Shown one piece after another: positions 27,063 to 40,155 of a stretch of 64,000 nt of DNA; position 1 is the first letter of the stretch, and the number at the start of each line of letters is the position of its first letter. The notes beneath the pieces were generated by a model that was not told the DNA's origin, made no database searches, and was given only the letters and a program-made list of their open reading frames with translations. Location of the stretch: positions 51,552,134 to 51,616,133 of the forward strand of contig NW_027266343.1 in the NCBI RefSeq assembly GCF_022045235.1, read 5' to 3'. The stretch comes from Haliotis cracherodii. Its lineage: Eukaryota. The position numbers were made by a program, and so were the translations under genes.

Positions 27063-27373
27063 CTGTTAACATGAACATGGTAATTGCCTATCTTAGCAGA
27101 CATTAGGTGTATCATCACATTAAGTCTTGTGTATCACAAAATGGTTTTATACCATAATTCATTTGTTGTAACCATGTGAAAGTTACAGATTGATGCTCAT
27201 GTCAGTCACTGGATTGTCTCGTCCAGACTCAATTATTTACAGACTGCCGTATTATAGCTGGAATATTGCTGAGTGTGTCATTAAGCAACAAAAGATCAAT
27301 CATGGAATTAACCAATTCCTCTTTGATTGTTTTTTAAAGTACTTTGTGTTATTTATTGTTGCCATGTGCACAG

Positions 27374-27499
27374 GACCTTGGTTCGGCCCTCAACTCCCAC
27401 CGCCAGCTCTGCATGGTGCTGATCAAACCTCACGAGGACTACGAGGACACGTACGAGGAGTGCTTCGGAAGCGTCAAGGACCTCCCAGCCCCCATGTGA
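27374..27499 (+). CDS. NHP2: NHP2 exon 4 (DLGSALNSHRQLCMVLIKPHEDYEDTYEECFGSVKDLPAPM*), stop TGA at 27497-27499
   Basis: Matches human DLGAAAGSKRPTCVIMVKPHEEYQEAYDECLEEVQSLPLPL*. Acceptor tgcacag. Total 153 aa, the same as human NHP2. Confidence 0.92.
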   Translation, partial: DLGSALNSHRQLCMVLIKPHEDYEDTYEECFGSVKDLPAPM

Positions 27500-30400
27500 A
27501 ACACAACTGAAATTTACATGACACTCATTGTGATTTGGGAGGAATTGTCTTCCAACAAGGAACAGACCTGCATCCATGGAATGCAGATATTGCACACTTG
27601 TATGGATGAAGGCTATGGGTTATTGATTGGTTTGGTAAGAATAGGAGAGGAATGAATGAAAGGCTGGTCATTTGACAGACTCTTTTGAGTTTCATCAAGT
27701 TTTGCTGAGGCTAGAGACTCAGATGTTTACATGGCTTTTGTATCAGAAACTGAATTACTCATTGGCTTGTCATTTTGAGCCAATTTTTGTAACTTGGGTG
27801 TAACATTTTTCTATCACTGGCATCGTGGACAGGTCAGGTTCCTGTAACCCGAGTAGTAGTGGATTCAGGATCTGTTTTGATGAGAAATATTTTTGAAATT
27901 AATAGAATTGATTAATCCGGCCAGGTGAATGTATGATTTGAGTAATAAGTAAAGTTTGCCAGCCTATGAAATTCACACAAGCACTCTAGCCCAAGACGAC
28001 TAATTGTAATGAGGATAGGTTAAAATCCAGAAAACCAGGGACCAGTCCTCCTCAAAGATAAGTAGCATTTGAGAGCTATAATTCTTAACCAGTTCTCAAT
28101 GCTTCAATGTTGCTGCAAATTGGAATTGAAGAAAACTGATAGAAAACATAAACATAGTAAACATTTTTGTCTTGTTAAAAGACTAGCAACAAACTGGGAG
28201 GACTTTGAGATAAGGTTACACCAAAGTAGACACAATTTATGGAGAGATTCTTTTATTACTGTAAAGACGTCGTTTCGGTATAGATCGTTATACCGTTGTC
28301 AAGCACCAGACTTGATTATTTGCAGACCACCGTCATATAGCTTGAATATTGCTGAGTGATGAGGTAACAACAAACAAACAAAACTAAAGCCGTTGTCAAG
28401 CAAGTAATGCCTATCAAACAATTCAAGGTTACACCAGTCGTGAAAATTGTATAAGTCTGTTTGCCTCATGTTTTGTTCAGCACAATATATATACAATCAC
28501 CCAGTTCATGTGCATCATGTCCCACAAACATATTGTCACATTTCTGTTATTGCAAGTTATGCATTCCTATTGTCAGACATTTAGCCATAAAGAATCAGAT
28601 ATAAGTACTGGTTAAAATGGTTAATGGATACGTCTGGTGGAGATATATTTCTTAGGTTTCATAAATCATGACAATGCATTTAAACATGTAAGGACTCATT
28701 TTATAACTGTAATGTTGATGTTATGTATATGCTACATATAATTTTGTTCGCCATTAAAATATATTGCGTGTAACAGTTAATATTTGTTTGTTTTTGTTGT
28801 CTGAGTTTTTGCAAGGTTTTCAAGGTTTGTGGCATAATATTTTTGGTGTTGTGACCCTTGCAGTTTGTATTGTGTCAGCAGAGGTGTATGGTTTTACCAC
28901 TTGCTGATTCCAGGGAAGAGTAGGATCCCTTTACTGCTGGCAAGTCAGGCCACTAGGTGGAGCTGGTGGTCGGTGCTTCTTAACATTCCATTGTCGTAAG
29001 AGACGACTAATGGGATTGGGTGGTCAGACTCAGTGACTTGGTTGATGCATGTCATCGTATCCGAATTATGTAGATCGATGCTCATGACGTCGCTCACTGG
29101 ATTGTAGGGTACATCATCAATTATTTACAGACCGCCATCATACAGCTGGAATATTGCTGAGTGCGGTGTTAATAACATTCATGCTCTTGACAAACCAGCA
29201 TCTGAGACAACACCTGGTTTCTCCACAATGGAGAGCTGAAGACCAAGTCAATCTAATGTCAACCAAAGCGTCTTGTAGACTTGACTGTAATAGTGATAGA
29301 GGATGAAGTGAACTCTGCCACCTCCTGGGATATAGTAGCTATGGCAACCTATCACAGCTTTCTGCAACAAAGGACTGTCTTCGTGGTGGTGGATAGAGCG
29401 CCTGCCTGGAGAGCTTAAGGGTGGTTTGAGCCTCTGTTGACATATGAAGACATTAAAAGTTTGTACTAGTTACCCTCACTGGCTCTTGTCATTTAGGGGA
29501 TAAAACAAGGACTGGTCAGCTTGGAGTCTGCTTACTGTGTCTGAGTGGGGTATTCATGGTAAACTGTGGCATGGTATCTAAGTGGGCTAGGACTATAAAA
29601 CAGGCAAAAGTCTGTGGTAGACCACACCACACCACACTTGAACATGGCGTTAAACCCCATTTCACCTTGTCTCGCCAGCAACAGCATCTTCAGTGTTGAT
29701 AAAGTCTGGTGTGTAGCATAACAATGGTGTGATGTCATGTACAAGCACTTTTCAAAGTAATGACAAACACTAGAAGTTTATTTGTATTTTGAGTTTATTG
29801 TACTACTATTGCACAGTTCATAGATTCAGTCGCAGCCTACGGCTCATGTTGTACACGAGACAGCCGGCTGGTCTGAGATCATGCACCACAACATAGGTGG
29901 CGCACCTGAACACAAAACCACAGGTTAAAACTTAATGGGAATCAAACTATGGCATATTGATCACTTGCCGGTCTCATTAACCTTATAGTTAAACACAATT
30001 TGGGAATGACTTTTATGATGGGGAAAAATTCCATATTCACCTGAAACAAAACCCATCCCATGCAGCTTCACATGGTTCAAAGCAAAAAAAAAAAGGAACT
30101 TTGTAAATGTCGGTTTGTTCTTCATGTGACCAACAAGTAATTTACAATTTCTAAATGGGAAACCTGTCTAGAAGATTTACACACTGTTGGCTTTCAAATA
30201 TATTAGTATACATGGAGAGTTTATGATACATTTTATAAACCATATCTCACGTTTACCAAAGGTTTATAGAGTATTTGACAACAATCATGAATTTGAATTA
30301 ATTTACTGAAATTTAATTTTGTATTATTTTGTTCGATTTACCTTTATTTCAATTGTGAAGCATCTTTATATAAACTTGCCATTATGCTATGTATGCTCCG

Positions 30401-33096
30401 GGTGTTGCAGTCCCACTAGTAACATTAAGATGCAAAATAAGCCTGGATAAACAGGCGAAAATACTGAAAAAGATTTGTTTTGCCATAATTGAGCACTCAT
30501 GAAAAGGTATATCATTCCTGATATAAGAAGTAGCCATTAAGGAGTAGGCTTAACAGCAGGGAATAGTTCATTCAGCATGTTGAACCTAGCAACTGCATAA
30601 TAAATAGAAATCAACTTGTTTTTTCCCAGGTTTGATCGATAAACAGCCTAATTCTTGCTATAGGTCAACCGATGACTAAAATAGAAGTTGTAAAGGAATG
30701 ACACCCCTTGAGGCAAAACTCCCCACACTACACATTATTTGTTATAAAAATATAACACAGAGAAAAGTAAGACAAAAAAAAGAATTTGCAAAAAAAACAC
30801 TTCTTAACATATTTAAATCTTACTGACTAGTGATGTTTACTCTATTCAGTAAATAATTCGAACACAAATCTGACGGTAAACTGTTTCTTGATTAAGACGT
30901 TTACACAGTTGTTCGTAAATATTGTATACAGAGTATTTATTTAATGTTTATTACATGCTACAGTAATGTAATTTTCTCTTGTGTATCTTGGTGGTCAAAA
31001 CACACAAATATTTTCGTTACAGGAACTATGTATCTAAATCTGTAGCACAGAATACTGGTACTCCTCACTGAGGCATTGATGCAGTGCATCTCGAGCATCG
31101 TAATACTGAGCATGTTCCGTAACCAACTACAGGTGTTGTCTGATGACTACATGTCAAGTACTGCATACCTGATCACATACATACATTACCGGTATATATA
31201 TATATATATACAACACGGAGATGTGAGAGTACAAACAGGTTACAAACAAACAAAGCTGGAACTATATATACATACATGTACAAATATTGAGTTGTAGGAT
31301 CTACAATCTAACCCATCCATTTAATCAATAATTTACACGATTTTGACCAATATTATGTTTGTAAAAATGTTTTCGATTATCACATTTCTTGATCGCAGAA
31401 TCAGCAGCTAGAATAACTGACACCATATCACACATTACAACACAGGGAATCCAACCCAGTGAAAGTGTTGGGAGTGTTTCTTGAAGCAGTCATAACTACT
31501 TCAGCCAGAGGCTGACTTTTTCCTACTTCTCATTCATGAATGGTCAATATGATTGTCAATGTCTAGAAGATTCTACTAAAATGATATTTTGATCTAAATG
31601 CAACTTAACTTATGCAATGAAGTTTAAATAAAAAATGTGAAACATACTGAATATATAGAATCATTTCCAAAATAATTCTTTATCACAAATGTAAAATATA
31701 AAAAATAAAATAAAATAAATAACAATCACACAGAAATAATAGTAAAATTATGTCTTACTTCACCAGCTCCCAAAGCTTGCCTAATGTTAAGAGGGCACAC
31801 TAAGTGGTGTTCAACAACGACCAATACGTCACTCGGCGGTGAGAAGCGCAATATGTTACAGGACGTAGATAGGTACTACTTCCCCGAAATCTACGAGCAA
31901 GGTGCTGTCAGAAATTGGACTCAAACTAACAACCTGGGGATACTATTAGCCCAAGATGGACCTCTGCACAGCGAATAATAATTTAGACCACTGGGTCAAA
32001 GAAATAAGGGAGACAGTTTCAGGTAAAGGATCACAAACATGGGATTCAAACTCAGGACTATAGGAGTGATGAAAAGTCACACTACTAGACTCAAGAAATG
32101 TAGGAAACTGTTTTGAACTAACTAATAATGGGTCCAACCTCTGTGTTGGCATATCAGTATACAAATATTTACAATATGTCTTTGTGCTGGGAAAAAAAAT
32201 CAAAACTCGTTATGGTGTGTATAATGCGCACCACCTACACAGCAGTGTTTTGTGGAAAAGAAGTGCACACTATATTCAAGAAAATACAGTTACTGTGTTT
32301 TTAGTATGTACAATGATATATTTGTTAATGCATATTCACAGATCCAAATATAAGGTTTCTTCATGCAAAAATTCTTAAACAGTATGCATGTGTTCTTGAA
32401 AGTACATGTTGTCTAGAAATGGTACAGATATATTTACATGTCTGTGTGTGCTCAGGATCAAAGCAGGCCAAACATAATGATACATACATTACATTTGTAG
32501 CTATATGATATTTACATAATAATGATAATAATAATACAGGTACATTAACATGAAATGTTGCTCAAAGTTGCATATAAATCACTTGTATGATCATTGGTGC
32601 ATTATACATGCATTTGAAGCCATATTGGGGATATGTACAGTCATATTTACATTGGTTAATTATGCGTAACAATTATGTACAATTTATTGTTAAACACTAA
32701 GGAGGGTTCTGGGTTGATTTTACTATAATACTTAAATTGAACAAGAAAATTATTTTCCTAAATGTGTAAAAAAAGTAAAAAAACAATGTTATTGGCAATA
32801 AAAGAACTTAAGAAAATAATGACGATGTTAGGAGATACAATATATGCAAAAACAATTACCAATCGTATTGACAACAATTATTTACAGACCAATTTTTTTT
32901 ATACCCTACAGGTCCATTATGGCAGTGTTGCTAAGTAATAAATAATTTTGGAATTAAGGTGCAAAGAACTTAATTCTAAAGGAATCGAAGTGAAGGTATA
33001 TATACATGGCCTAGTTGTGAAGACATTGAGATGTGAACAAAGACGGGACTTGTTCTAAAGTGATGAAGCAGGATACTAAAGTGAGACGACGCTGCT

Positions 33097-33231
33097 GTAC
33101 ATGTGATGTGGTCACTTCACTGCCGCCATGTGAGGAGGTGGACATTGCCCAGTTGGTCCCCACACATCAGGGGGACACACACAGGGGACCTACTGACCGT
33201 TCCCGCAAGCGTCATGCTGGTCACAGGTGCT
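33097..33231 (-). CDS. APAF1: Apaf-1-like last coding exon (IGQFFCPAPVTSMTLAGTVSRSPVCVPLMCGDQLGNVHLLTWRQ*), stop at 33097-33099
   Basis: Acceptor tctctcctcag. The end resembles the human APAF1 C-terminus (…TYVTVDNLGILYILQVLE*). The summed lengths of the 25 exons are a multiple of 3. Confidence 0.6.
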
Positions 33232-33481
33232 GGGCAGAAGAACTGACCAATCTGAGGAGAGAAAATACAATGCTTTGCTTCACGAGACACTTCTGAGTCA
33301 TGTTACATGTGTACACTTGGAATGTGCTGATACACCTATTTCGCGTATATACACGTACATGTATGATGTATTTAGTTCTGTGGGGGCCCAGGTTAGAATG
33401 TGTCCTCCCCAACCCATAGCTGAAATATTGCTGAGTGGAGTGTTAAACAACAAACACACACACTGTTTGTCATATGAGGAC

Positions 33482-33750
33482 ATCCCTGAAGATCCAGGGT
33501 AGAATAGGTCTTCAGCAACCAATGCTTGCCGTAAAAGGTGACTATGCTTGTTGTAACAGGCAACTAAGAGGATTGGGTGGTCTGACTATGTTGATGCATG
33601 TCATCATATCCCAGATGCGTAGATCAACGCTTATGATATCAATCACTGGATTGTCTGGTCCAGACGCGATTATTTACAGACCGCCGTCAGATAGCTGGAA
33701 TATTGCTGAGTGCAGTGTTAAAAAACAAACAAACAAACAAACTAAAATCA
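33482..33750 (+). mobile_element. SINE family A, full-length reference copy of about 270 bp (gaagatccagggtagaataggtcttcagcaacc…tggattgtctggtccagac…attatttacagaccgcc…(aaac)n)
   Basis: The same element recurs in about 25 full or partial copies in both orientations. Examples: 8380-8590 +, 13140-13360 -, 21265-21530 +, 24165-24335 -, 25150-25330 -, 25658-25895 +, 28975-29175 +, 37045-37415 -, 48755-48950 -, 50230-50485 -, 50540-50780 -, 57733-57990 -, 58790-59025 -. Confidence 0.85.
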
Positions 33751-34299
33751 TACGAGGCCACTGAGTTGGGAGCCTGTGGAGAACCCCGATTAGTATTGGT
33801 CCCGAGAAAGAGGCGACCAAAGTGATTGTGTTGTCAAGTTCGTAGACTGGGTTGATGGCATGTCAACATACCCTGATGGTGTGTATCATTGCTCATAATA
33901 TCAATCACTGGATTGTCTGGTCCAGACTTGATTGTTTACAGACTGTGGTCATGCCTTGATGCATATACTGGTACCAGAGAGAAGCTGCATGGTGTGTAGA
34001 GATATCACAGTCTACTCCTATTTTTATCTGATAGCCCTGCTGGGATTGCCAATTTGTACATATCAGATATCTTAACAAAACACAAGATAATAAATCAAAA
34101 GGTCATTTTGAAACATATTTAATCAAATTCACTCAGGTTAATATGGAAAAGACAAACTAGGGCTAGAGCCCACTTGCAGAAAGGGATCTTAGCGCTAAGA
34201 TGATCATAACTCCCATACTTTAACATAGGCTTGTGAAAGTCTTGGCACTAAGATCACTTTATGCAAGTGCGACCAGGTCCATGAGTGTGAGAACCTTAC

Positions 34300-34401
34300 C
34301 TGAGTCAGGCCCTCCGTCCACACCTTGACTGTTTGGTCCGCGGAGGCCGTGAAGATACGTCCAGCCACCAACATGATGCTGGTGATGGCCTCAGCATGAA
34401 T
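34300..34401 (-). CDS. APAF1: Apaf-1-like WD40 exon (IHAEAITSIMLVAGRIFTASADQTVKVWTEGLTQ)
   Basis: WD40 D-strand motif. Acceptor gtttgttccag, donor GTAAGG. Confidence 0.65.
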
Positions 34402-35128
34402 CTGGAACAAACACCCTACCATCAGTCCAGCTTCCTTGTAAGTCTGTGATCAGTATCTATCATGTAAACTAATCAAATGTCTGTTCATTGCAAACACTGG
34501 CAAACACAAGTCCGTGAAAATACAAGAAACTTCAATATCCTTCCTTCTACTTCCTTTCTTTATATTTAGCGACTGGTAATATATTATGGGGGGGTATGGA
34601 GGTTCATGAAAAAATGGGATTTGACATATTTTTTACATAAAATGGGGGGGGGGGGGGGGGACCAATCTCACCAGTCACCAGTCCCAAATAAGAAAGGAAG
34701 TCACATTTAATGTTCAATTGCTTACAGGTTTCACACGTTTGACTGAGTTATCTCAAACACAGACAGTATTTCAGTCACTGCTTCCAAAATTGTTTTTCTC
34801 TGAAAGAAGACTTGGAAATATTTCGTTTTTCACAACAAATTTTTTTTTCAGGACTTCCAGCATGCCCTGCAAGTTTTTCTTTCACTGAAACCTGAACCCA
34901 AATGGGGTTTTTCTGATATAATTTGGAACAAACATTTTAAGCATAAATAAATATCAGGACCCCTTCAAAATCTGAAAAGGTTCGTCCCTATGTGGAGCAA
35001 ACTCAGCATTCCGCCTTCGAGCATTCTCTGCACCCCATTGCAGGCAAATCTTAGAATCAGTTCCCCCCCCAAATATCTCCAAAACCCTTTTTTCATAATT
35101 TTGCTGAAAACTATAATGTCGTCAATAC

Positions 35129-35335
35129 CTTCACTGTTTTCCAGGTGTCAGGTGCTTGGTTTCTGTTTGCCACAGTTATCTGCCCCATGGAGTCAACACA
35201 GTACACAGTTGTCCCCCTTTGCAGGACATCCAACACCCATGTCTTGGTACGTTTGTGAGGAGGGACATGTTTGTCCAGCTCGGAGCTGTCCACAAGCATC
35301 ATCATTTTGGTCGCCACTGGACTATTGTACTTGAC
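35129..35335 (-). CDS. APAF1: Apaf-1-like exon (VKYNSPVATKMMMLVDSSELDKHVPPHKRTKTWVLDVLQRGTTVYCVDSMGQITVANRNQAPDTWKTVK)
   Basis: Acceptor ttgttcacag and donor GTATTG. Phase 0/0. Confidence 0.6.
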
Positions 35336-35869
35336 CTGTGAACAAAGAGAAGAGTCAGAGTTTCCATGGTGATGAGTGAGTGAGTGAGTATGGTTTTACG
35401 CCGCTTTTAGCAATATTCCAGCAATATCACGGCGAAGGACACCAGAAATGGGCTTCACACATTGTACCCACTTCGGGAATCAAACCCGGGTCTTTGACGT
35501 GACGAGCGAACGCTTTAACCACTAAGCTACCCGACCGCACCAATGGTGATGAAAAAAAAGCCTACAAGTTAAACTTTGGACATACCTGTGTAATTTACAC
35601 AAATCTGCCAAGGTTAAAGCAAATGTGGCTACAACTTTTTGAAAAATTGGGGTGGGGGCACTTAACAAAAAACATGTTACATGAACACCAATAATTCATG
35701 TATACGTGTGCATGTGTGCGTGTCTCTTCTTGTACAAGTCAGGACTAATGCCTGTTTTAGTGCCAGTCTACTGAGATACCATACCACGGGTTAATATGAC
35801 TACCCCTCTCAGACACGGTATACTGACATTAACTTCTTTAAGTGGCATTTAGAAGTTGGTGTGATGAAG

Positions 35870-36065
35870 TAAGACAAGTTCTATGGATGAACAACTTCTT
35901 TATTACAATTAGTGCGATGTTTTGGTGTAGATCCTAACACCTTTATCAAGCAAGTGATCGCAAGTCTGGAACATCACTTGCTTGATAAAGGTGTTAGGAT
36001 ATACAACGAAACATCGCACTAATTGTAATAAAGAAGTTGTTCATCCATAGAACTCGTCTTACTTC
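35870..36065. repeat. Near-perfect palindrome / inverted repeat with arms of about 95 bp
   Basis: gtaagacaagttctatggatgaacaacttctttattacaattagtgcgatgtt…aacatcgcactaattgtaataaagaagttgttcatccatagaactcgtcttac, centred near 35967. Confidence 0.85.
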
Positions 36066-36702
36066 TGACATTAAGTTTACTGGTAATTTTATTCCCTTAA
36101 TGCCGAGAGCCACGCAAGGTAACAACAAATATAATCTTTTAACGTCTTTTGGCATGACACAGCTGGGGATCGAACCACCAACCTTCCACTCCGACCTCAC
36201 TCTCTATCCACAAGACCACGGAGACGCTTACGGCTCGAGGATCAGGAGAAAAATATTCTAAGTTCATCAGAGGATCTTGGGAAAAAAGCAGTTTGGAAGA
36301 GGACAACAAAGAAAGGAGGGTTGATAATTTGAAAGGTCCCTTTATATTTTGTATTGTCCAAACCGTTGTAGGAACCGACTCTCCCTCAACCTCAACCTTT
36401 GCACTACCCCGGTTCTAACTCCTGAAAGTGATCCTTGCACGCAATGACTTGTAACTCCCATACCTTAACACAGAACAGACAGTACCAACACCCCTTTGTG
36501 GAGTGAGTGAATATAGTTTTACACCACTTTTAGCAATATTCCAGCAATATCACGGCGGGGGACACCAGAAATGGGCTTCACACATTGTACCCATGATGGG
36601 AATCAAACCTGGGCCTTCAGTGTGACGAGCAAAAGCTTTAACCACTAGGCTCCCCAAACATCCCCCACTTGTGGAACAGAAGCCCGAAAGCTGGAAACTG
36701 AC

Positions 36703-36826
36703 CTGCAGTACTGGCGCGACGTCCATGATGACGACCTTGCTGTCAGTGCCTGCTGTCAGAAGCTCCTGGTCAGAGAAGGTCAGCCTGGTAGACCAGCTGT
36801 TGTAGAAGCCAGCATGTGTCGGGTTC
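36703..36826 (-). CDS. APAF1: Apaf-1-like WD40 exon (-NPTHAGFYNSWSTRLTFSDQELLTAGTDSKVVIMDVAPVLQ)
   Basis: Acceptor tttcttccag and donor GTCAGT. Only one frame is open. A SINE lies about 35 bp downstream of the donor. Confidence 0.65.
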
Positions 36827-37044
36827 CTGGAAGAAACATGCAATCATCAGACAAAGTAGGCTGGTGGAGGGGCCTGCTGGACAGGATACTGTCCAAACTC
36901 ACTGAGCATGTTCCAGTACCAAAACAATGGCCTACACCTGGTGCCACGATGTAGTTGCAACAAATCTGTACCAATAAACTAGTGTTTTAATCTATTTCAC
37001 ATAGAGAGGTTTTATTAAGTAAAAAGACATACAATTTAATCACA

Positions 37045-37415
37045 AATGTTTGCTTGTTGTTTAACACCTAACTCAGCACTCTTCCAGCAATATGGAGTCA
37101 GTATGTAAATAATCGAGTTAATGACATCATAAGCATCGATCTACGCATTTGGGATACAATGACATGCATAAACTTAGATAGCGAGTCTGACCATTCAATC
37201 CTGTTAGTCACCTCTTACGACAAGTATAGTAGCCTTTTTCGGCAAGCATGGGTTGCTGAAGACCTATTCTAACCCTGAGTCTGACCACTCAATCCCGTTA
37301 GTCGCCTTTTACGACAAGTATAGTAGCCTTTTAGTCGCCTCTTACAACAAGTACAGTAGCCTTTTTCGGCAAGCATGGGTTGCTGAAGACCTATTCTACC
37401 CTGGATCTTCATGTG
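37045..37415 (-). mobile_element. SINE family A copy with an internal duplication of its 5' region
   Basis: The segment gtcgcctcttacgacaagtatagtagcc… occurs about three times within one element. Confidence 0.8.
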
Positions 37416-37623
37416 TCCAATGCTGAGTTGGTGCTCTCTTAGCAACAAGGGTTTGCTGCCTGAAATCCCAGATTTGCTCCATGTAGGGACCAACCATTTC
37501 AGATATTGAAGGGGCTTGGTATTTTAAAACGTTCTTCACAGGCATATTTTAATCATAACTTAGGATACATATGTTCTATTCAACCACCAAGAGCATTCTC
37601 CACAGGAAATGTTGTTACTTCAC

Positions 37624-37779
37624 CTTATAGTACTGACAGGCGTGCCATAGTCCGTGTTCCATACGTTGATGGTGCCGTCCCATTCTGCGGAGAAAAAGGT
37701 GAGTCCGGACTTGGACGGGTACTTGTCATTCCAGGCCAGGGCTGTGATGGGAGTCATGACACTGAACACCTTTCCTTTC
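37624..37779 (-). CDS. APAF1: Apaf-1-like WD40 exon (KGKVFSVMTPITALAWNDKYPSKSGLTFFSAEWDGTINVWNTDYGTPVSTI-)
   Basis: WD40 signature. Acceptor cattgcag, donor GTGAAG. Confidence 0.65.
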
Positions 37780-38740
37780 CTGCAATGACAGGGGGTAAGT
37801 GATAGATGGAAGTCTTACATGACAAAAACCCACAGATGCACTTGAACATATTCTTATCTAAGTTGCTTTACTGCTAGGGTGACAACCCTACCAACAAATA
37901 CAAAACATAATATTGGTGAAACCTTTGGCTTGCTATGAATGGCATTTTCCTTGTTTGAAACAAAAAAATTGTCACTGACTGTAAGTTAAACATGGACTCA
38001 ATAGACTCAACTTGAATTGGTTTTAATTAAAACAGAAATCCTTTTTTACCTCCTATATGACTTGCAGTTAAAATTAAATGAGTCCATTTTCAAATATAAC
38101 ATGTTTATACGACACAATATTTCTGTCCCACAAAACCCCAGTCAGGTTCATATGAAATGTTTTGTTGTACCAGTCAGACATATGCCGCTTCATAAGAGTG
38201 AGTGAAGTGAGTGAGTGAGGTTTTACGCCTCTTTTTGCAATATTCCAGCAATATCACGGCAGGGGACACCAGAAATGGGCTTCACACATTGTACCCATGT
38301 CGGGAATCGAACCCGTGTCTTCAGCATGACGAGCGAACGCTTTATCCACTAGGCTACAAGACCGCCCCCGCTTTATAAGAAATGCCTGAAGTAATTAATT
38401 CTTGACACACACTGGTTGAATGTCGTGGAGAGTGTATGATGATGAGGGTATGATGACATACAAACAGCCAGGTCACACATTGTAACCCAGCAATATTCAA
38501 TCTGTATTCAACGTGTAAATAATCACTTTGGACCAAACAATCCAGTCATTGATAGTGTGAGCAAAAAATCATGCCATGTTCATCAAGCAACTCAACGAGC
38601 GTGACCACCCGATCCATTTTGTTGTCTCTTGCAACCAGTAAAGGTTTGGAATTGCCATGGGGGAGAATTTCATGGAGGAATATGGGACCAGAAAATAAGG
38701 GCATGGGCCCATTAGTCTGATAATAATATGCAAAGCTCAC

Positions 38741-38868
38741 TTGACAAGGAAGGACTCTCTTTTCTTTATGATGTCCCATATGATGATTGTTGCATCATCA
38801 GAACCTGTGGCAAACTTGTTGCTGTGTCGGTTCACAAAACAGGCAGCATTCACCGATTTTTCATGAGC
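38741..38868 (-). CDS. APAF1: Apaf-1-like WD40 exon (AHEKSVNAACFVNRHSNKFATGSDDATIIIWDIIKKRESFLV-)
   Basis: WD40 signature. Acceptor ttttgcag, donor GTGAGC. Confidence 0.7.
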
Positions 38869-39488
38869 CTGCAAAAATGGATGTCATTGTATGAGTTTCA
38901 CAAAACAATTTGACTTACTGTTTCTAAAAGTATTGAGAATACACAGCATGTATTGTACTACTGATGACAACATTAAATGGTACTGGACATATAACTTTAT
39001 TCCGTGCTGCAGTGTGATTGGTTGAGAAAATGTGATTTAATTGGATGCAATGCTCAGAAATCTCCTGGACTATTCACTGCGCATGAATGATTTATCTTTT
39101 AGTTCGCAATCCCAATTTGTAAAAACGTGCCATTTTGGTTGTCAAAATGGGTACCACATTAATTAAATATTAAGCCAGATCAATATTTATCAGACATTAA
39201 AGCATTCCAGCATGACATCAAGTCTGTCTCACAACTGTCAGAGTACCCATACAGACAGAGTGGTTCCGGAAAATGATTACTAATTATTGTATTTTACAAT
39301 GTCGATAAACAAAATTTGTTCTCAGATTTGCAGGTTTATTGACCTCAGTTCCATATGAAAATTCAGGGGATCCCACAAATCTGAAAACCCGTAACCTCCT
39401 AAATTCAGTCTTTAGTTCCATGCCCCAAGATCATACTAAGGGCAGATAACTCCTGCTTCCTACTAACAAAAATAAAAATGGCGTCCTA

Positions 39489-39558
39489 CCTTGAAGCTGT
39501 AAGAGCATGCTCTCTCGTTGGTGACAGGATCCAAGGTCCATATCTTCACGATACCATT
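39489..39558 (-). CDS. APAF1: Apaf-1-like micro-exon, 70 nt (-NGIVKIWTLDPVTNERACSYSFK)
   Basis: Supplies the missing D-strand (xDxxVKIW) and fixes the phase clash between the flanking exons. Acceptor tttctag, donor GTAGGA. Not in the ORF track. Confidence 0.6.
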
Positions 39559-39943
39559 TCTAGAGTAGAAAATAATAATGGTCCAACAAATATACAAGGA
39601 ATGTATCAAAGCCATACCAAATTCTGCATGAAATCTTCAATAAACACAACTCAGATAAAATTTGTGGGAAACAGAACAAGTTCCCTTTATTTAAACTATG
39701 AATGCATCATAAATACTCTACTGAAGTAATCCCAGATTAGTTCTGTTTAGACAGATTCCATGGCATTTCAAACATAAAAGCTCACATTCTCTTGTTGTAA
39801 GTTTACCAAAACTGTCTTGGCACCCAAGTGGCAATTACACATCAACGGCCTGCACCCAGTTTTCAAAATTTGTCATTGTTTTCTGTCTTTTTTTTCAGAT
39901 ACAGATACAATTTGCAAACTTAGAATCTTAAATCACCACATAC

Positions 39944-40155
39944 CGGCTTCCTGTGAGAACTGTAGAGCTATCTGGAGAGGCGACACAGAAGGTGACCTCA
40001 GCATCATGGCGACCGATGACGTGTTCCTCACTGAGCTGTGGGGTCCAGAGTCTCACTGACTTGTCCAATGAACAGCTGCATACATTGCCAGACTTGTCCG
40101 TTGCTACTGACAACACTCGATCTGAGTGCCCGGTCAGAGATGCCAACTCATTTGC
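39944..40155 (-). CDS. APAF1: Apaf-1-like WD40 exon, about 2 blades (ANELASLTGHSDRVLSVATDKSGNVCSCSLDKSVRLWTPQLSEEHVIGRHDAEVTFCVASPDSSTVLTGS-)
   Basis: Resembles human HTGHHSTIQYCDFSP…VELWN…CRGHLSWVHGVMFSPDGSSFLTASDD. Acceptor ttcttccag, donor GTATGT. Confidence 0.7.

Noticed and set aside
36550-36843. 97-aa minus ORF taken as a single exon
   Set aside because: Only 36703-36826 is exon (bounded by an acceptor and a GTCAGT donor). The remainder of the ORF runs into a family B SINE.
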